From NCBI GenBank assembly GCA_963660615.1, contig CAVKYE010000001.1, positions 69,954 to 133,953 on the forward strand: a stretch of DNA of 64,000 nucleotides. Direction: 5' to 3'. This DNA is from Vescimonas coprocola (GTDB lineage Bacteria; Bacillota_I; Bacilli_A; RF39; UBA660). The notes under the pieces were generated by a model, which was not told the DNA's origin, made no database searches, and worked only from the letters and a program-made list of their open reading frames with translations. A program made the translations under genes and the position numbers. Positions 39,741-49,592 of this stretch are shown one piece after another (position 1 is the first letter of the stretch; the number at the start of each line of letters is the position of its first letter).

Positions 39741-40559
39741 TTATTTGTTATAGTCATCTAAGAAACTTTTATATTCTCCGTCTTTTTTGGTTCCAAGAAC
39801 GCAGTTTAGGTTTATGTTGTTTGTGCTTTTAAATATGTTTAGATCAATATCTTTGTAATTGTTTTTTAAGGTTTTGATTAATTCTTTTACTTCGGCTCTT
39901 TTTCCTTTATTTTCTCTATTTTTTTCAGTTACTTTACAAGCACAGTTAATGAAATTAAGATGATTATAATTTTTCCATGAGATTATTGATTCTTCTTTTA
40001 CCATGTAAAGCGGTCTTATTAGTTCTAAGCCTTCATAGTTTTCTGAATGTAGTTTTGGCATCATGGTTTTTATCTCAGCTCCATATAGCATCGAAAGGAG
40101 TGTTGTTTCGATTACGTCGTTGAAGTGATGACCTAGGGCGATTTTGTTACACCCTAATTCTTTAGCTTTATTATATAAGTGTCCCCTTCTCATTCTTGCA
40201 CATAAATAACATGGGCTTTTTGCATCTATATAATCTACTATGTCAAATATATTACTTTCAAACATTTCTATGTTTACGTTTAAGGTTTTAGCATTATCTA
40301 ATATTTGTTTTTTATTTTTTTCATTATACCCAGGGTTCATGACAACATAATGGGCATTAAATTTTATTTTACTATGTTTTTGGAGTTCTTCTATGCATTT
40401 GGCTAGAAGAAATGAATCTTTTCCTCCGCTTATGCATACCATGATGTTGTCGTTTTCTTCTATTAATTCATATGTCTTTATAGCCTTTACAAATTTACTC
40501 CATATTTCTTTGCGATATGTTTTTATAATGCTTTTTTCTATTTCTTTATATTTTTCCAT
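39741..40559 (-). CDS. PP-loop family ATPase (TtcA/TilS-like tRNA-modifying enzyme)
   Basis: SGGKDS PP-loop (MVCISGGKDSFLLAK), CxxC pairs downstream. ATG at 40559 preceded by AAGGAG. Confidence 0.6.
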   Translation of the reverse strand: MEKYKEIEKSIIKTYRKEIWSKFVKAIKTYELIEENDNIMVCISGGKDSFLLAKCIEELQKHSKIKFNAHYVVMNPGYNEKNKKQILDNAKTLNVNIEMFESNIFDIVDYIDAKSPCYLCARMRRGHLYNKAKELGCNKIALGHHFNDVIETTLLSMLYGAEIKTMMPKLHSENYEGLELIRPLYMVKEESIISWKNYNHLNFINCACKVTEKNRENKGKRAEVKELIKTLKNNYKDIDLNIFKSTNNINLNCVLGTKKDGEYKSFLDDYNK

Positions 40560-40570
40560 GTTTATACTCC

Positions 40571-41254
40571 TTATTGACAATCATCTTTGTTTATTTTTAG
40601 TGGTATTTTGTAGGTGATTGTTTTTTTATTATTGTCTTTGGCGTTTATTTCTATATACATTTTTGATGAGGTAAACATTTTACAACTTTCTGAATAATGA
40701 TCCATTTTAATTTTTACCTTTTCTAGATATTCTTTTAGAGTTTTGTTTTTTCCGTTTTCACATGAGCTTATTTCTTTTTTTGTGTTTCCTTTTTCTTCGT
40801 ATAGTTTACATGATAAGTTCTTATATGTTGTTTCATCTTCTGTTTCGTTATAATAAACTTTATTTATAATTAGCGATGTTCTATTATTTAGTTGGGCGAC
40901 TGAGCCTGATATTGAAAAAGTATGGCTGGTAGTGCTTAGTTCATTAAATTCAAAGTTTTCGCTTTTGGTATTTAAAATTATAATTATTATGATTATTACT
41001 AATAATAGTGGGATGATTAGTAGTAATTTCTTTTTTTTCTTTTGTTTTAATTCCCCGTTTATTATTTCTTCGATATTTACGTCAAATGTTTTGCTTATTT
41101 GTTTCATAGTAGCCATATCTGGAAGATTTTTACCATTTTCCCATTTACTTACTGCTTGATAGGTTACTCCTAAGATATCGGCTAACTGTGATTGAGATAG
41201 ATTATTCTTTTTTCTAAGTTCTCTTATAAATTTTCCTGTTTTTTCTTGGTTCAT
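40571..41254 (-). CDS. membrane-anchored XRE-family HTH protein (HTH - TM - extracytoplasmic domain)
   Basis: FIRELRKKNNLSQSQLADILGVTYQAVSKWENGKNLP, then a K-rich stretch, then a TM segment LLLIIPLLLVIIIIIIIL. Confidence 0.65.
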   Translation of the reverse strand: MNQEKTGKFIRELRKKNNLSQSQLADILGVTYQAVSKWENGKNLPDMATMKQISKTFDVNIEEIINGELKQKKKKKLLLIIPLLLVIIIIIIILNTKSENFEFNELSTTSHTFSISGSVAQLNNRTSLIINKVYYNETEDETTYKNLSCKLYEEKGNTKKEISSCENGKNKTLKEYLEKVKIKMDHYSESCKMFTSSKMYIEINAKDNNKKTITYKIPLKINKDDCQ

Positions 41255-41377
41255 AATTATCTATCACTTCCTTTAAAATACAATATCATATTAATTTGAA
41301 CAAATCAATATTAGAAAAGAAAAAATAGTGTAAAATGTTACCTATAATGTGTACAAAAAAACCTACTTTATAGGTTT

Positions 41378-41911
41378 TTAAATGGTAATAGCCCCTGTAA
41401 ATATTTCTTTAAGATATCTTATATATAACTGAAATATATTTGCTTTTTGAATATTTTTACTGGTAGTTAGGTTTATTGTTCTAATTGTTTTTCCGTTTTC
41501 TTTAATGTTTAGTTTTCCTATATTATCACCTTTTTTTATTGGAGCTTTTAGTTCATTTAGTTTTACTTCGTATACAGCATTACCGCTTTTTTCGCTTTTT
41601 TTCCTTAATATTGTGACATCTTCTTTAGGAACTACTTTTATGTATTTTTCTTTGGATTTTGTAACTTCGTATTTTCCTAAAGATGAATTCTCATTTAGTA
41701 GATTATCTATTTTGTACTGGGCAAAGGCATAATCTAACATTTCGCTTACTTCTTTGTTTCTTGTTTTGCTGTCGGGTTCTCCCATTACTACGGCAATTAT
41801 TCTCATGTTTTCCTTTTTAGCAGTGGCGGTTAGGCAATATCCTGCTTCTTTGGTGTATCCTGTTTTAAGCCCATCTACTCCGTCGTAAAATCTTACTAGT
41901 TTATTTGTATG
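41378..41911 (-). CDS. dacB: D-alanyl-D-alanine carboxypeptidase (DacB/DacF-like) 3' segment: KTG motif region plus C-terminal beta-sandwich domain
   Basis: Extending the ORF upstream of its internal Met gives ...HTNKLVRFYDGVDGLKTGYTKEAGYCLTATAKKENMRIIAVVMGEPDSKTRNKEVSEMLDYAFAQY..., with a stop 4 codons further upstream and no start. Joins in frame with the 5' segment at 63020..63664 (...LVNTNK). Confidence 0.8.
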   Translation of the reverse strand, partial: HTNKLVRFYDGVDGLKTGYTKEAGYCLTATAKKENMRIIAVVMGEPDSKTRNKEVSEMLDYAFAQYKIDNLLNENSSLGKYEVTKSKEKYIKVVPKEDVTILRKKSEKSGNAVYEVKLNELKAPIKKGDNIGKLNIKENGKTIRTINLTTSKNIQKANIFQLYIRYLKEIFTGAITI

Positions 41912-42078
41912 TGAATAATACTATAGTAAAAAGATATCACTTCTTGATGAAATGATACCATGAAATTATATAATTAACAATAGTTATAACTTTTTTTGAT
42001 TTTACTTTTAAATAAAGCTATAAAATTATTTGATTTTGGAGCGTAATTGTTTTATAATAATTAACCAAAGGTGAGAAA

Positions 42079-43044
42079 ATGTATAAATTATATGTTGGAA
42101 ATTTTAGTTCAAATAGTGGGTTTCACATTATTACATTAAACAATAATTTTGGTATAATTAATGATAAAAGCAATATTGCATCAAATTACAACTCATATTT
42201 GTATTGTGATAGCAATAATTTAGTTTTATCAACAGTAGAAACAAAAGGAACAAAAAACAATCCTAATGGAAAGATTGTTGTTTTTAGATTAGATAACAAA
42301 GATAATCCAAACATCATTACTAGTTTTAATTCATTTGGATTAAATCCTTGCCACATTACTTATAATGAGAAAAAAAGAATAGTTTCAGCAAGTAATTATG
42401 ATTCTGGAAACTTATCACTGTTTTCTTTGGATAAAACAGATAATCTGTCCTTAAAGCAAGTCCTTACCTTCTATAGAAATTCTTTGATTCATTGTTCTTT
42501 GTTTAGCGAAGATAATCTTCATATTGTGGATAAGGGTGCTAGTAAAATTTACACATTAAATTTAGAAGAAAAAAAGAGATTAATCACTTCTATAGCTTTT
42601 AAAAATGACGTACAGCCAAGACACTTAATCAATCGGGATAATAAATATTTTTATCTAATAAGTGAATCTAAACCGCTAATTATAACATTGGAGTACAGTG
42701 ATAACTTGTTTAAAGTAATTGATGTACAAAGACTATCAAATAATGAATGTACTGGGTGTGCAATAAAATATGATAAATCTTCAGAAATGCTATATGCAAC
42801 AGTTAGAGGTTCAAATGAAATAAAAATATTTTCAACATCGCAAATCGTGCCTAAATTTATTCAAACAATTCCTTCATTTGGATTAAATCCCAGAGATATA
42901 GATATAAGTGAAGATTTAGCTGTTGTAACAAATCTTGAAAGTAATTGTTTAAGTTTATATAAAAAATATGCTGATGGAACGTTAGGGCATTTAAACAATT
43001 TATCAACAACATCTCCTGCTTTTGTCAAAATAAAAAAATGTTGA
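42079..43044 (+). CDS. 7-bladed beta-propeller lactonase family protein (6-phosphogluconolactonase-like)
   Basis: Repeated ...G.NP.HI... / SNYDSGNLSLFSL blade-like motifs. 321 aa. Only plus-strand gene in the cargo region. Confidence 0.5.
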   Translation: MYKLYVGNFSSNSGFHIITLNNNFGIINDKSNIASNYNSYLYCDSNNLVLSTVETKGTKNNPNGKIVVFRLDNKDNPNIITSFNSFGLNPCHITYNEKKRIVSASNYDSGNLSLFSLDKTDNLSLKQVLTFYRNSLIHCSLFSEDNLHIVDKGASKIYTLNLEEKKRLITSIAFKNDVQPRHLINRDNKYFYLISESKPLIITLEYSDNLFKVIDVQRLSNNECTGCAIKYDKSSEMLYATVRGSNEIKIFSTSQIVPKFIQTIPSFGLNPRDIDISEDLAVVTNLESNCLSLYKKYADGTLGHLNNLSTTSPAFVKIKKC

Positions 43045-43049
43045 ACATA

Positions 43050-43976
43050 TCATTTATTCAACATTTTTTTTAATGAAATCATTATTTCAATAACTATTTT
43101 TTTTAAATCATTATTTTCTGAAAATCTTGGTAACAATCTTAAATTTGCTTCTAAATTATAGATTTCATGTCTGATTTCAAAGTTATCAACATTATATATT
43201 TCAGGATAAAATTCTTTAAAGTATTTTTCTATATTTTGATAATCTTCTATTTTGACCAAATTCTCAGCTTCTTCACTAGCATACTTTAAAGGATTATTAC
43301 ACATTCTTAAAAATATATCTAATTCATAGTCAATTGGAGCATATAATGATGTTTCAAAATCAATTATTTTTATTTGACCATCGTTACAATAAATAATATT
43401 ATCAAAATGAATATCAGAATGAACTAATCTAAAATCACTACTCTTCAAATAATCACTTATATTTTTTAATATTTGTTCAGCCATATCTTTTTCAGTTTGC
43501 GAAAATAGATTAAGATCAAAACATTTATTGAAGTTTCGTTCTAATTTTTCTTTTATATACAATGCCCAATCATAAGATTCACCCTTTATAGAATGAAATG
43601 ATTTCATCATATTTACTATTTCTTTTACTATTTCTTTTCTTTTATCTTCATCAAGCTCATGCCAAACAAAATATAGTGATTTACCATTAATTTTTTCTAT
43701 TATCTCATAAGAAAAATCATCATTAGAAGTTGAAATATAAAACGAATACATTTTTGGAATATATTTATTACCAGCATTACTTTTATAAAACTCAATTTCG
43801 TTTTCAAAATTTGCTTCATTTTCTTTATTGTTACAGATCTTAATAATATATTTATCATCAGCAGAATATACAGAGTTTGTAAATCCAACGTTTATTTTAG
43901 ATATATTTTTAATATCATTGAAAATTTTATCATTATCATCTACTATTTTTTTTAAATATGTGTCCATAAGTGTCAC
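43050..43976 (-). CDS. APH/choline-kinase-family phosphotransferase
   Basis: Brenner motif HSDIHFDNII and IIDFE; 308 aa. Confidence 0.6.
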   Translation of the reverse strand: MTLMDTYLKKIVDDNDKIFNDIKNISKINVGFTNSVYSADDKYIIKICNNKENEANFENEIEFYKSNAGNKYIPKMYSFYISTSNDDFSYEIIEKINGKSLYFVWHELDEDKRKEIVKEIVNMMKSFHSIKGESYDWALYIKEKLERNFNKCFDLNLFSQTEKDMAEQILKNISDYLKSSDFRLVHSDIHFDNIIYCNDGQIKIIDFETSLYAPIDYELDIFLRMCNNPLKYASEEAENLVKIEDYQNIEKYFKEFYPEIYNVDNFEIRHEIYNLEANLRLLPRFSENNDLKKIVIEIMISLKKMLNK

Positions 43977-44005
43977 CTATCTTTCTATTAAATTATATCA
44001 TATTT

Positions 44006-45151
44006 TTATTTTAAATGTAATATTACAAAAAAAGTTTTAAAAATAATTTTAATATCCAACAGCAAAGAATAATTAGAAATGTAATATAAATCATATAAGT
44101 ATCTATACTTTGGTTCTGTATAATAATTACCATATACATGTGATAATCCAGTTATTCCAGCTTTAACATTGTGTCGCAAATTATATAATTGATACTCCTT
44201 TTTATATTTATCAATAAAATAGGTTCTTTCAGGTCTTGGTCCAACGATTGACATCTCACCTTTTAATACATTATAAAGTTGTGGTATTTCGTCAATTTTG
44301 AACTTTCTAATAAATCTACCAACTTTTGTTATTCTAGTATCGTTAGGAGATGCAACTAATGGAATGCCATCTTTTTCTGCATTTACATACATACTTCTAA
44401 ATTTATATAATTTAAACTGTTTGTTATAAATAGTTTCTCTTTCTTGTGAATAAAATATTGGACCGTATGAATCGATTTTTACCAATATTGAAACCAACAA
44501 AATTATTGGAAATAAAATAACCATTGCTATAATTGAAAAAAATATGTCAAACACTCTTTTCAGCAACTTATTTAAACCATCAATTTGCAATTTATTAATT
44601 TTAACAAATGGTATATCTTTTAAAACAATGATTTTATTATTTGAAATAGGTATAATTTCATCTGTTAATTTTAAATATACTTCAACATCTGATGCTAAGA
44701 TTGATAGATCAAGCAAAAATTTTTGATGTGCATCTGAATTAATAATTAGAATATCATATTTTTTTAAACTTTTTACGTCGATAAGTTTATTATACTTTTT
44801 TATAGATTCTATTTTTATATGATAATTATTACAAAAATCTATAATATCAGCATCTTCAATATTACTTTTACACAATGATATATAACAAATACTTTTACTA
44901 GGTAACTTATTGTAATATATTTTTCTAGCAATAAATTCAATTAAATTTAAAATAACAAAAACAATCGATAGTAGTATTACATCATTAAAATCAATTAATT
45001 TAAATATTAGAAAAAATAAAAAACAAATGCTGAAAATTAAAACTCTTTTAATAATTTCTATTAAGTTGTATTTCTTAGGTTGAAAAATATCCATTGTAAT
45101 TAATATAAAATATATTATAAAAAATAGTATAAGAATATTGAATTTATTCAT
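44006..45151 (-). CDS. polyprenyl-phosphate sugar phosphotransferase (bacterial sugar transferase, WbaP/CpsE-like C-terminal domain)
   Basis: Several N-terminal TM helices; C-terminal catalytic domain with GPRPE, DEIPQL and a conserved RxxxxY.DxxY tail. Confidence 0.7.
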   Translation of the reverse strand: MNKFNILILFFIIYFILITMDIFQPKKYNLIEIIKRVLIFSICFLFFLIFKLIDFNDVILLSIVFVILNLIEFIARKIYYNKLPSKSICYISLCKSNIEDADIIDFCNNYHIKIESIKKYNKLIDVKSLKKYDILIINSDAHQKFLLDLSILASDVEVYLKLTDEIIPISNNKIIVLKDIPFVKINKLQIDGLNKLLKRVFDIFFSIIAMVILFPIILLVSILVKIDSYGPIFYSQERETIYNKQFKLYKFRSMYVNAEKDGIPLVASPNDTRITKVGRFIRKFKIDEIPQLYNVLKGEMSIVGPRPERTYFIDKYKKEYQLYNLRHNVKAGITGLSHVYGNYYTEPKYRYLYDLYYISNYSLLLDIKIIFKTFFVILHLK

Positions 45152-45833
45152 AATTTATTACCTTTTTTATTAGTTCATAATCTTCAGGGATACCAATATC
45201 AATAAAAACATCATGATAAAAATAAGGCATAAAATTCATTACTTTAACATATTTCGTAAAGAAATCGTTTTCTATTGAAAAATTTGTATTTTTTTTAAAA
45301 TCAGCTAAAACATTACGATTAAATACATAGCATCCAACACTCATGTAGCCTTTAGAAACAAATTTCTTTTCATTAAAATCGGTTATTCTATTGTTGTTCA
45401 ATGTAACCGATCCATATCTTTCGAAATTTTCCATCATTTTTAAAGATAAAGTAACATCAGCACCACTGTTTAAATGACTTTTATATAAATCAGCAAAGTT
45501 AAGTTTCGTATAAATATCACCATTCATTATGATAACATTATTATTTGTAACTTTTGTTAATGCTTTTAATATTGCTCCTCCTGTACCTAAAGGTTGTTCT
45601 TCCTCTGAATACTCAATTATAATATTTTTATATTTATTTCCAAAATAATCTTTGATATATTCCTTTTTATAACCAGTAGCAAGAATAACTTTGTTTACTT
45701 TTTGTTCGTTTAAATCATTTAATACATATTCTAAAAATGGTTTATCATTAATAGGTGCCATTACTTTAGGGATGTTTTTTATTACACCATTCAATCTAGT
45801 ACCCAAACCACCTGATAAAATTATAACTTCCAT
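45144..45833 (-). CDS. nucleotidyltransferase (LicC-like / sugar-phosphate or phospho-alcohol cytidylyl/guanylyl-transferase)
   Basis: N-terminal ILSGGLGTRL (G-x-G-T-R nucleotide-binding loop). 229 aa, the size of LicC-type enzymes. Confidence 0.6.
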   Translation of the reverse strand: MEVIILSGGLGTRLNGVIKNIPKVMAPINDKPFLEYVLNDLNEQKVNKVILATGYKKEYIKDYFGNKYKNIIIEYSEEEQPLGTGGAILKALTKVTNNNVIIMNGDIYTKLNFADLYKSHLNSGADVTLSLKMMENFERYGSVTLNNNRITDFNEKKFVSKGYMSVGCYVFNRNVLADFKKNTNFSIENDFFTKYVKVMNFMPYFYHDVFIDIGIPEDYELIKKVINYE

Positions 45834-45844
45834 ATACTCACCTC

Positions 45845-46591
45845 TTATAAACTTAGTTTTTTAACTGGAGAACTATAAGGCTCATTCTCAGTTGCTACAA
45901 TATCAAAATCACTTGTAAAATCTTTAAGATAAGTATCATATTCGCAATCTAAAAATCCTACAGATATTTTGTTCAAATCTAATGGGAGCATACTTAAATC
46001 AGTTAAAGAATCTCCTAATAAAACAAAGTTCTTATAATTATTTATATATTTTATATATTCAGTATTATATTTTCTATATGGATCAATCATTTTAGAAAAA
46101 TCTATCATACCATTTTGAATAAAATTTGAAAAAACAACAAGGTTATCAAAATGGCATCCTTCCTTTTTCAATAATTCTATAATCAAATTACCAAAACCAG
46201 ACGAATTTATAATAACTTGGTATTTTCTTTGAAGATAATTTATAGTTTCTATTGCATCATCTCTAAAAATAAACTGATTAGATGATACTATATCATTAAT
46301 AACTTTATAGTTGTTTAAAAATTCTTTTAATAGTTTTAATTTTTTAATCCAAATAGAATGAAGCAATTGCTCTTTTTGCACATTGAAAATATCATTTGAT
46401 AAAAATATTTTTTCTTCTTGTTCCATAATTTTTGACTTTTCCTCTGCATACTGCTTTGGAAAGAAATTTGAAAAAACACCAATTGAACTAACACTATCAT
46501 TGCTAGTAATTGTTTTATCAAAATCTGTTACTATACACAAATTTTCTTTAGGAAAATTATGTACTCTTTGATGATCTTTCATTATTATCAT
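45845..46591 (-). CDS. HAD-superfamily hydrolase/phosphatase
   Basis: DxDxT motif (CIVTDFDKTIT), later GDSLTD. Confidence 0.55.
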   Translation of the reverse strand: MIIMKDHQRVHNFPKENLCIVTDFDKTITSNDSVSSIGVFSNFFPKQYAEEKSKIMEQEEKIFLSNDIFNVQKEQLLHSIWIKKLKLLKEFLNNYKVINDIVSSNQFIFRDDAIETINYLQRKYQVIINSSGFGNLIIELLKKEGCHFDNLVVFSNFIQNGMIDFSKMIDPYRKYNTEYIKYINNYKNFVLLGDSLTDLSMLPLDLNKISVGFLDCEYDTYLKDFTSDFDIVATENEPYSSPVKKLSL

Positions 46592-46640
46592 TGTATCACC
46601 TATTTTCTAGTTTTTCTTAAAATGGGAGATGTTTCCTCTA

Positions 46641-48263
46641 TTACTGCGTTTTTTTTCTATCTATATATTCGTCGTAATTTCCAGAAAAAACTTCCATTTG
46701 TTTATTTTCTAAATTCCAAATTTTATTTGTCATTTTTTCTAAGAAATATCTATCATGTGATACAAATAATAAAGTTCCTGAATAATTCATTAAGTTTTCT
46801 TCTAAAACTTCTCTGGAATTTAAATCCAAATGATTTGTTGGCTCATCTAAAACAAGTAAATTAAGGTTTTGATTCATCAAAATACATAGTTTTAGCCTTA
46901 TTTTTTCACCACCTGATAATACTTTTATTTTTTTATAAACATCATCACTAGTGAACAACATTGATGCTAATTTATTTCGTGCTTCACCTTGATTCATACT
47001 ATCGAATGACTGAATAAATGTTTCTAATATCGTTTTTTCTTCATCTTCAAAAGATGTATCTTGTGTCAAATATCCAATTTTTGCAGTTGATGAAATTTCA
47101 ATTATTCCATCATCAGGCATTTCTTGACCTAATAAAATTTTTAATAACATAGTCTTACCAGAACCATTTTCTCCAATTATTCCAATTCTGTCTCCCTTTT
47201 CAATAGTTAAATCTATATCAGAAAATAATTCTTTTTGTTCAAAAGATTTTGCAATTCCAACAGCTTCTAAAAGTGTTGCTCCTGAACGACTTCCAGAAAA
47301 TTCATTCATTCTCATACTTTTTTTCTCAAAAATTGGTTTGTCTATTTTTTCCATTTTATTTAATCTGTTTTCAATTTTATTTGCAACACCTCTCAAAATT
47401 TGTGAATTCATTGATTTTAAACGTCTTACTTGCATTTCCATTCTGTGTGTTATGTATTGATTATTTTCATAAGCTTTATATCTTTCTAAAAACCTTTGCT
47501 CTTTATCTTGTATATACTTAGAATAGTTACCATCATATTCTTCTATTCCATCCGTATCTAATTCAAGCACTCTGCCTATTACATGATCCAAGAAGTATCT
47601 ATCGTGTGATACAACTAACACACTTCCTTTATACTGTTTTATATAATCTTCTAACCATTCCAATGTTTTAATATCTAAGTTATTAGTAGGTTCGTCCAAC
47701 AATAATATTTCTGGTTCTTCTAACAACATTTTTGCAACAAGCACTCTAGTCTTTTCGCCACCACTACATTTATCAAAGATAGAATTTGACAAATCTTCAG
47801 TTATATTCAAACCATTTTTTATCTTTTCAACTTTACTGCTAATTGAATAGCCATTATTTTTATCAAACGCTTCCTGTAATCTTCCATACTTTTCCAATAG
47901 TTTATTCATATCATTTTCATTTAATGAGGTTGCTAATAGTCCTTCTATTGCTCTCATATCTTTTTCAATTGACATAACTTTTTCAAATGGTAAATACAAA
48001 ACATCTTGAACAGTCATATTAGGATATTCAGGAATTTGTTCCAAATAGCCCATTGAACATTTTTTAAAAAATTGAATATTTCCAGAATCTGGTGTTTCTA
48101 ATCCTTTTAATATTTTTAATAAAGTAGATTTGCCTGTCCCATTTCTGCCTAAAAGTCCAACAACTTCTCCTTCTTTTAAATCAAAACTTACATTATCAAA
48201 TATTACATCAGCACCATAAGACTTTTTTAAATTATTAGCTTTAAAAATCACCATATAAATCAC
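46641..48263 (-). CDS. ABC-F family ATPase (two tandem ABC nucleotide-binding domains, no transmembrane domain)
   Basis: Two Walker A motifs (GRNGTGKST; GENGSGKT), two ABC signatures (LSGGEKTRVLVA; LSGGEKIRLKLC), two Walker B motifs, ~80-aa inter-domain linker. Confidence 0.8.
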   Translation of the reverse strand: MIYMVIFKANNLKKSYGADVIFDNVSFDLKEGEVVGLLGRNGTGKSTLLKILKGLETPDSGNIQFFKKCSMGYLEQIPEYPNMTVQDVLYLPFEKVMSIEKDMRAIEGLLATSLNENDMNKLLEKYGRLQEAFDKNNGYSISSKVEKIKNGLNITEDLSNSIFDKCSGGEKTRVLVAKMLLEEPEILLLDEPTNNLDIKTLEWLEDYIKQYKGSVLVVSHDRYFLDHVIGRVLELDTDGIEEYDGNYSKYIQDKEQRFLERYKAYENNQYITHRMEMQVRRLKSMNSQILRGVANKIENRLNKMEKIDKPIFEKKSMRMNEFSGSRSGATLLEAVGIAKSFEQKELFSDIDLTIEKGDRIGIIGENGSGKTMLLKILLGQEMPDDGIIEISSTAKIGYLTQDTSFEDEEKTILETFIQSFDSMNQGEARNKLASMLFTSDDVYKKIKVLSGGEKIRLKLCILMNQNLNLLVLDEPTNHLDLNSREVLEENLMNYSGTLLFVSHDRYFLEKMTNKIWNLENKQMEVFSGNYDEYIDRKKTQ

Positions 48264-48305
48264 TCCTTTTTCGTTGATATATTATACCACAAGTTTGTGT
48301 TTTTT

Positions 48306-49592
48306 TTATTTTTCTTCTAAAATATAACAACCATATACATTTATTTTTGATTTTTCTCTGATATTAATGATTTTTTTAGTACATTTTATCAAATCGTATA
48401 CATAAAATCTCTTATTTAACAATAGATTTTTTAAATCAATAATACATTCTTCGTTACATTCAATATAAAAAATTTTTTTAGATTTTGACCAAATTTTATA
48501 AACCTTCAAACTTTTTTCTTTTTTTAATTTTCTAGATAAAAATTTCCTTATGTTTTTTAGTTCATTAAATATAAATAGTGGATGCTTTAATAAATTTATT
48601 ATTCTTTCAATTATTTTATTGATTTCGTGAGTATGCTTATTTGTACTATTGTTGTTATATTCTATACCTAATTCTTCTGTTGACATTTCTTCAAACCCAT
48701 CAAATTGAAAGTTAAGATTATTTCTGTTGTAAAAATCAATAATTCTTTCGTAATCAGAATTTATAATTATATCATCCCACCACCAACTCATTGCTGAATA
48801 AGTCAGTTTTAAAAAGTATGAACCCCATAATCCTGAAGTAAAATATAATTTGCTACCATAATCATCTATATATGAATAATCAGAGTTTTTTGCATATTCA
48901 CCAAAATATAAAATTTCTTTATAAGCTTTCATTGCGTATTGTAAATTTTTAAATGCACTTTCGCTTGGAAAACTATAAAAATGAAGATCCACGTAACAAT
49001 TTAACTTTTTTCTATACAAATCATATTTTTGGTAGTTTGAAATACTACATGTAAAAATATATTTCTGATATTTTTTTGATAATATGTTAATTAACTTATT
49101 ACACCAATTTATTAAAACTTTATCATTACAATTAACCTGATCTATTTCATTCATTATTTCAATAAACTTTATATTATTATATTCAATAATACTATCTAGC
49201 ACATAATTTATATCTTCAACTAGAACATTATTAATTTTTTTAAAAAATGATGATACTTTTTTATCAATGGGTTGATATTTATTAAAATTCCATGAAAAGT
49301 TTTTATCATTAATATCTAAATAATTGATTTTATTAAAATCAGTGAAATTTAGCAAAGATATTATTATATTAATATTTTTTGTTGAGGCATAATGAACAAT
49401 ATGTTTTAGTGTTATTACATCTTTTTTATTATAAATACAATTTAATCCCCATTTACTAAAAATAATTCTTATAATTTTTATCTTGTGTTTATCACACCAA
49501 TCTATATAATCAACATATTTTTCTAAAGCATTGGAATCTGATGGATTCCAGCAAAAATTCATGCCGATGGTTGTATTCTTCATATTCTTCAC
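48306..49592 (-). CDS. hypothetical protein, possibly TIM-barrel glycoside-hydrolase-like
   Basis: 428 aa; weak resemblance to GH5/GH26-type cellulase-family patterns; low certainty. Confidence 0.3.
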   Translation of the reverse strand: MKNMKNTTIGMNFCWNPSDSNALEKYVDYIDWCDKHKIKIIRIIFSKWGLNCIYNKKDVITLKHIVHYASTKNINIIISLLNFTDFNKINYLDINDKNFSWNFNKYQPIDKKVSSFFKKINNVLVEDINYVLDSIIEYNNIKFIEIMNEIDQVNCNDKVLINWCNKLINILSKKYQKYIFTCSISNYQKYDLYRKKLNCYVDLHFYSFPSESAFKNLQYAMKAYKEILYFGEYAKNSDYSYIDDYGSKLYFTSGLWGSYFLKLTYSAMSWWWDDIIINSDYERIIDFYNRNNLNFQFDGFEEMSTEELGIEYNNNSTNKHTHEINKIIERIINLLKHPLFIFNELKNIRKFLSRKLKKEKSLKVYKIWSKSKKIFYIECNEECIIDLKNLLLNKRFYVYDLIKCTKKIINIREKSKINVYGCYILEEK

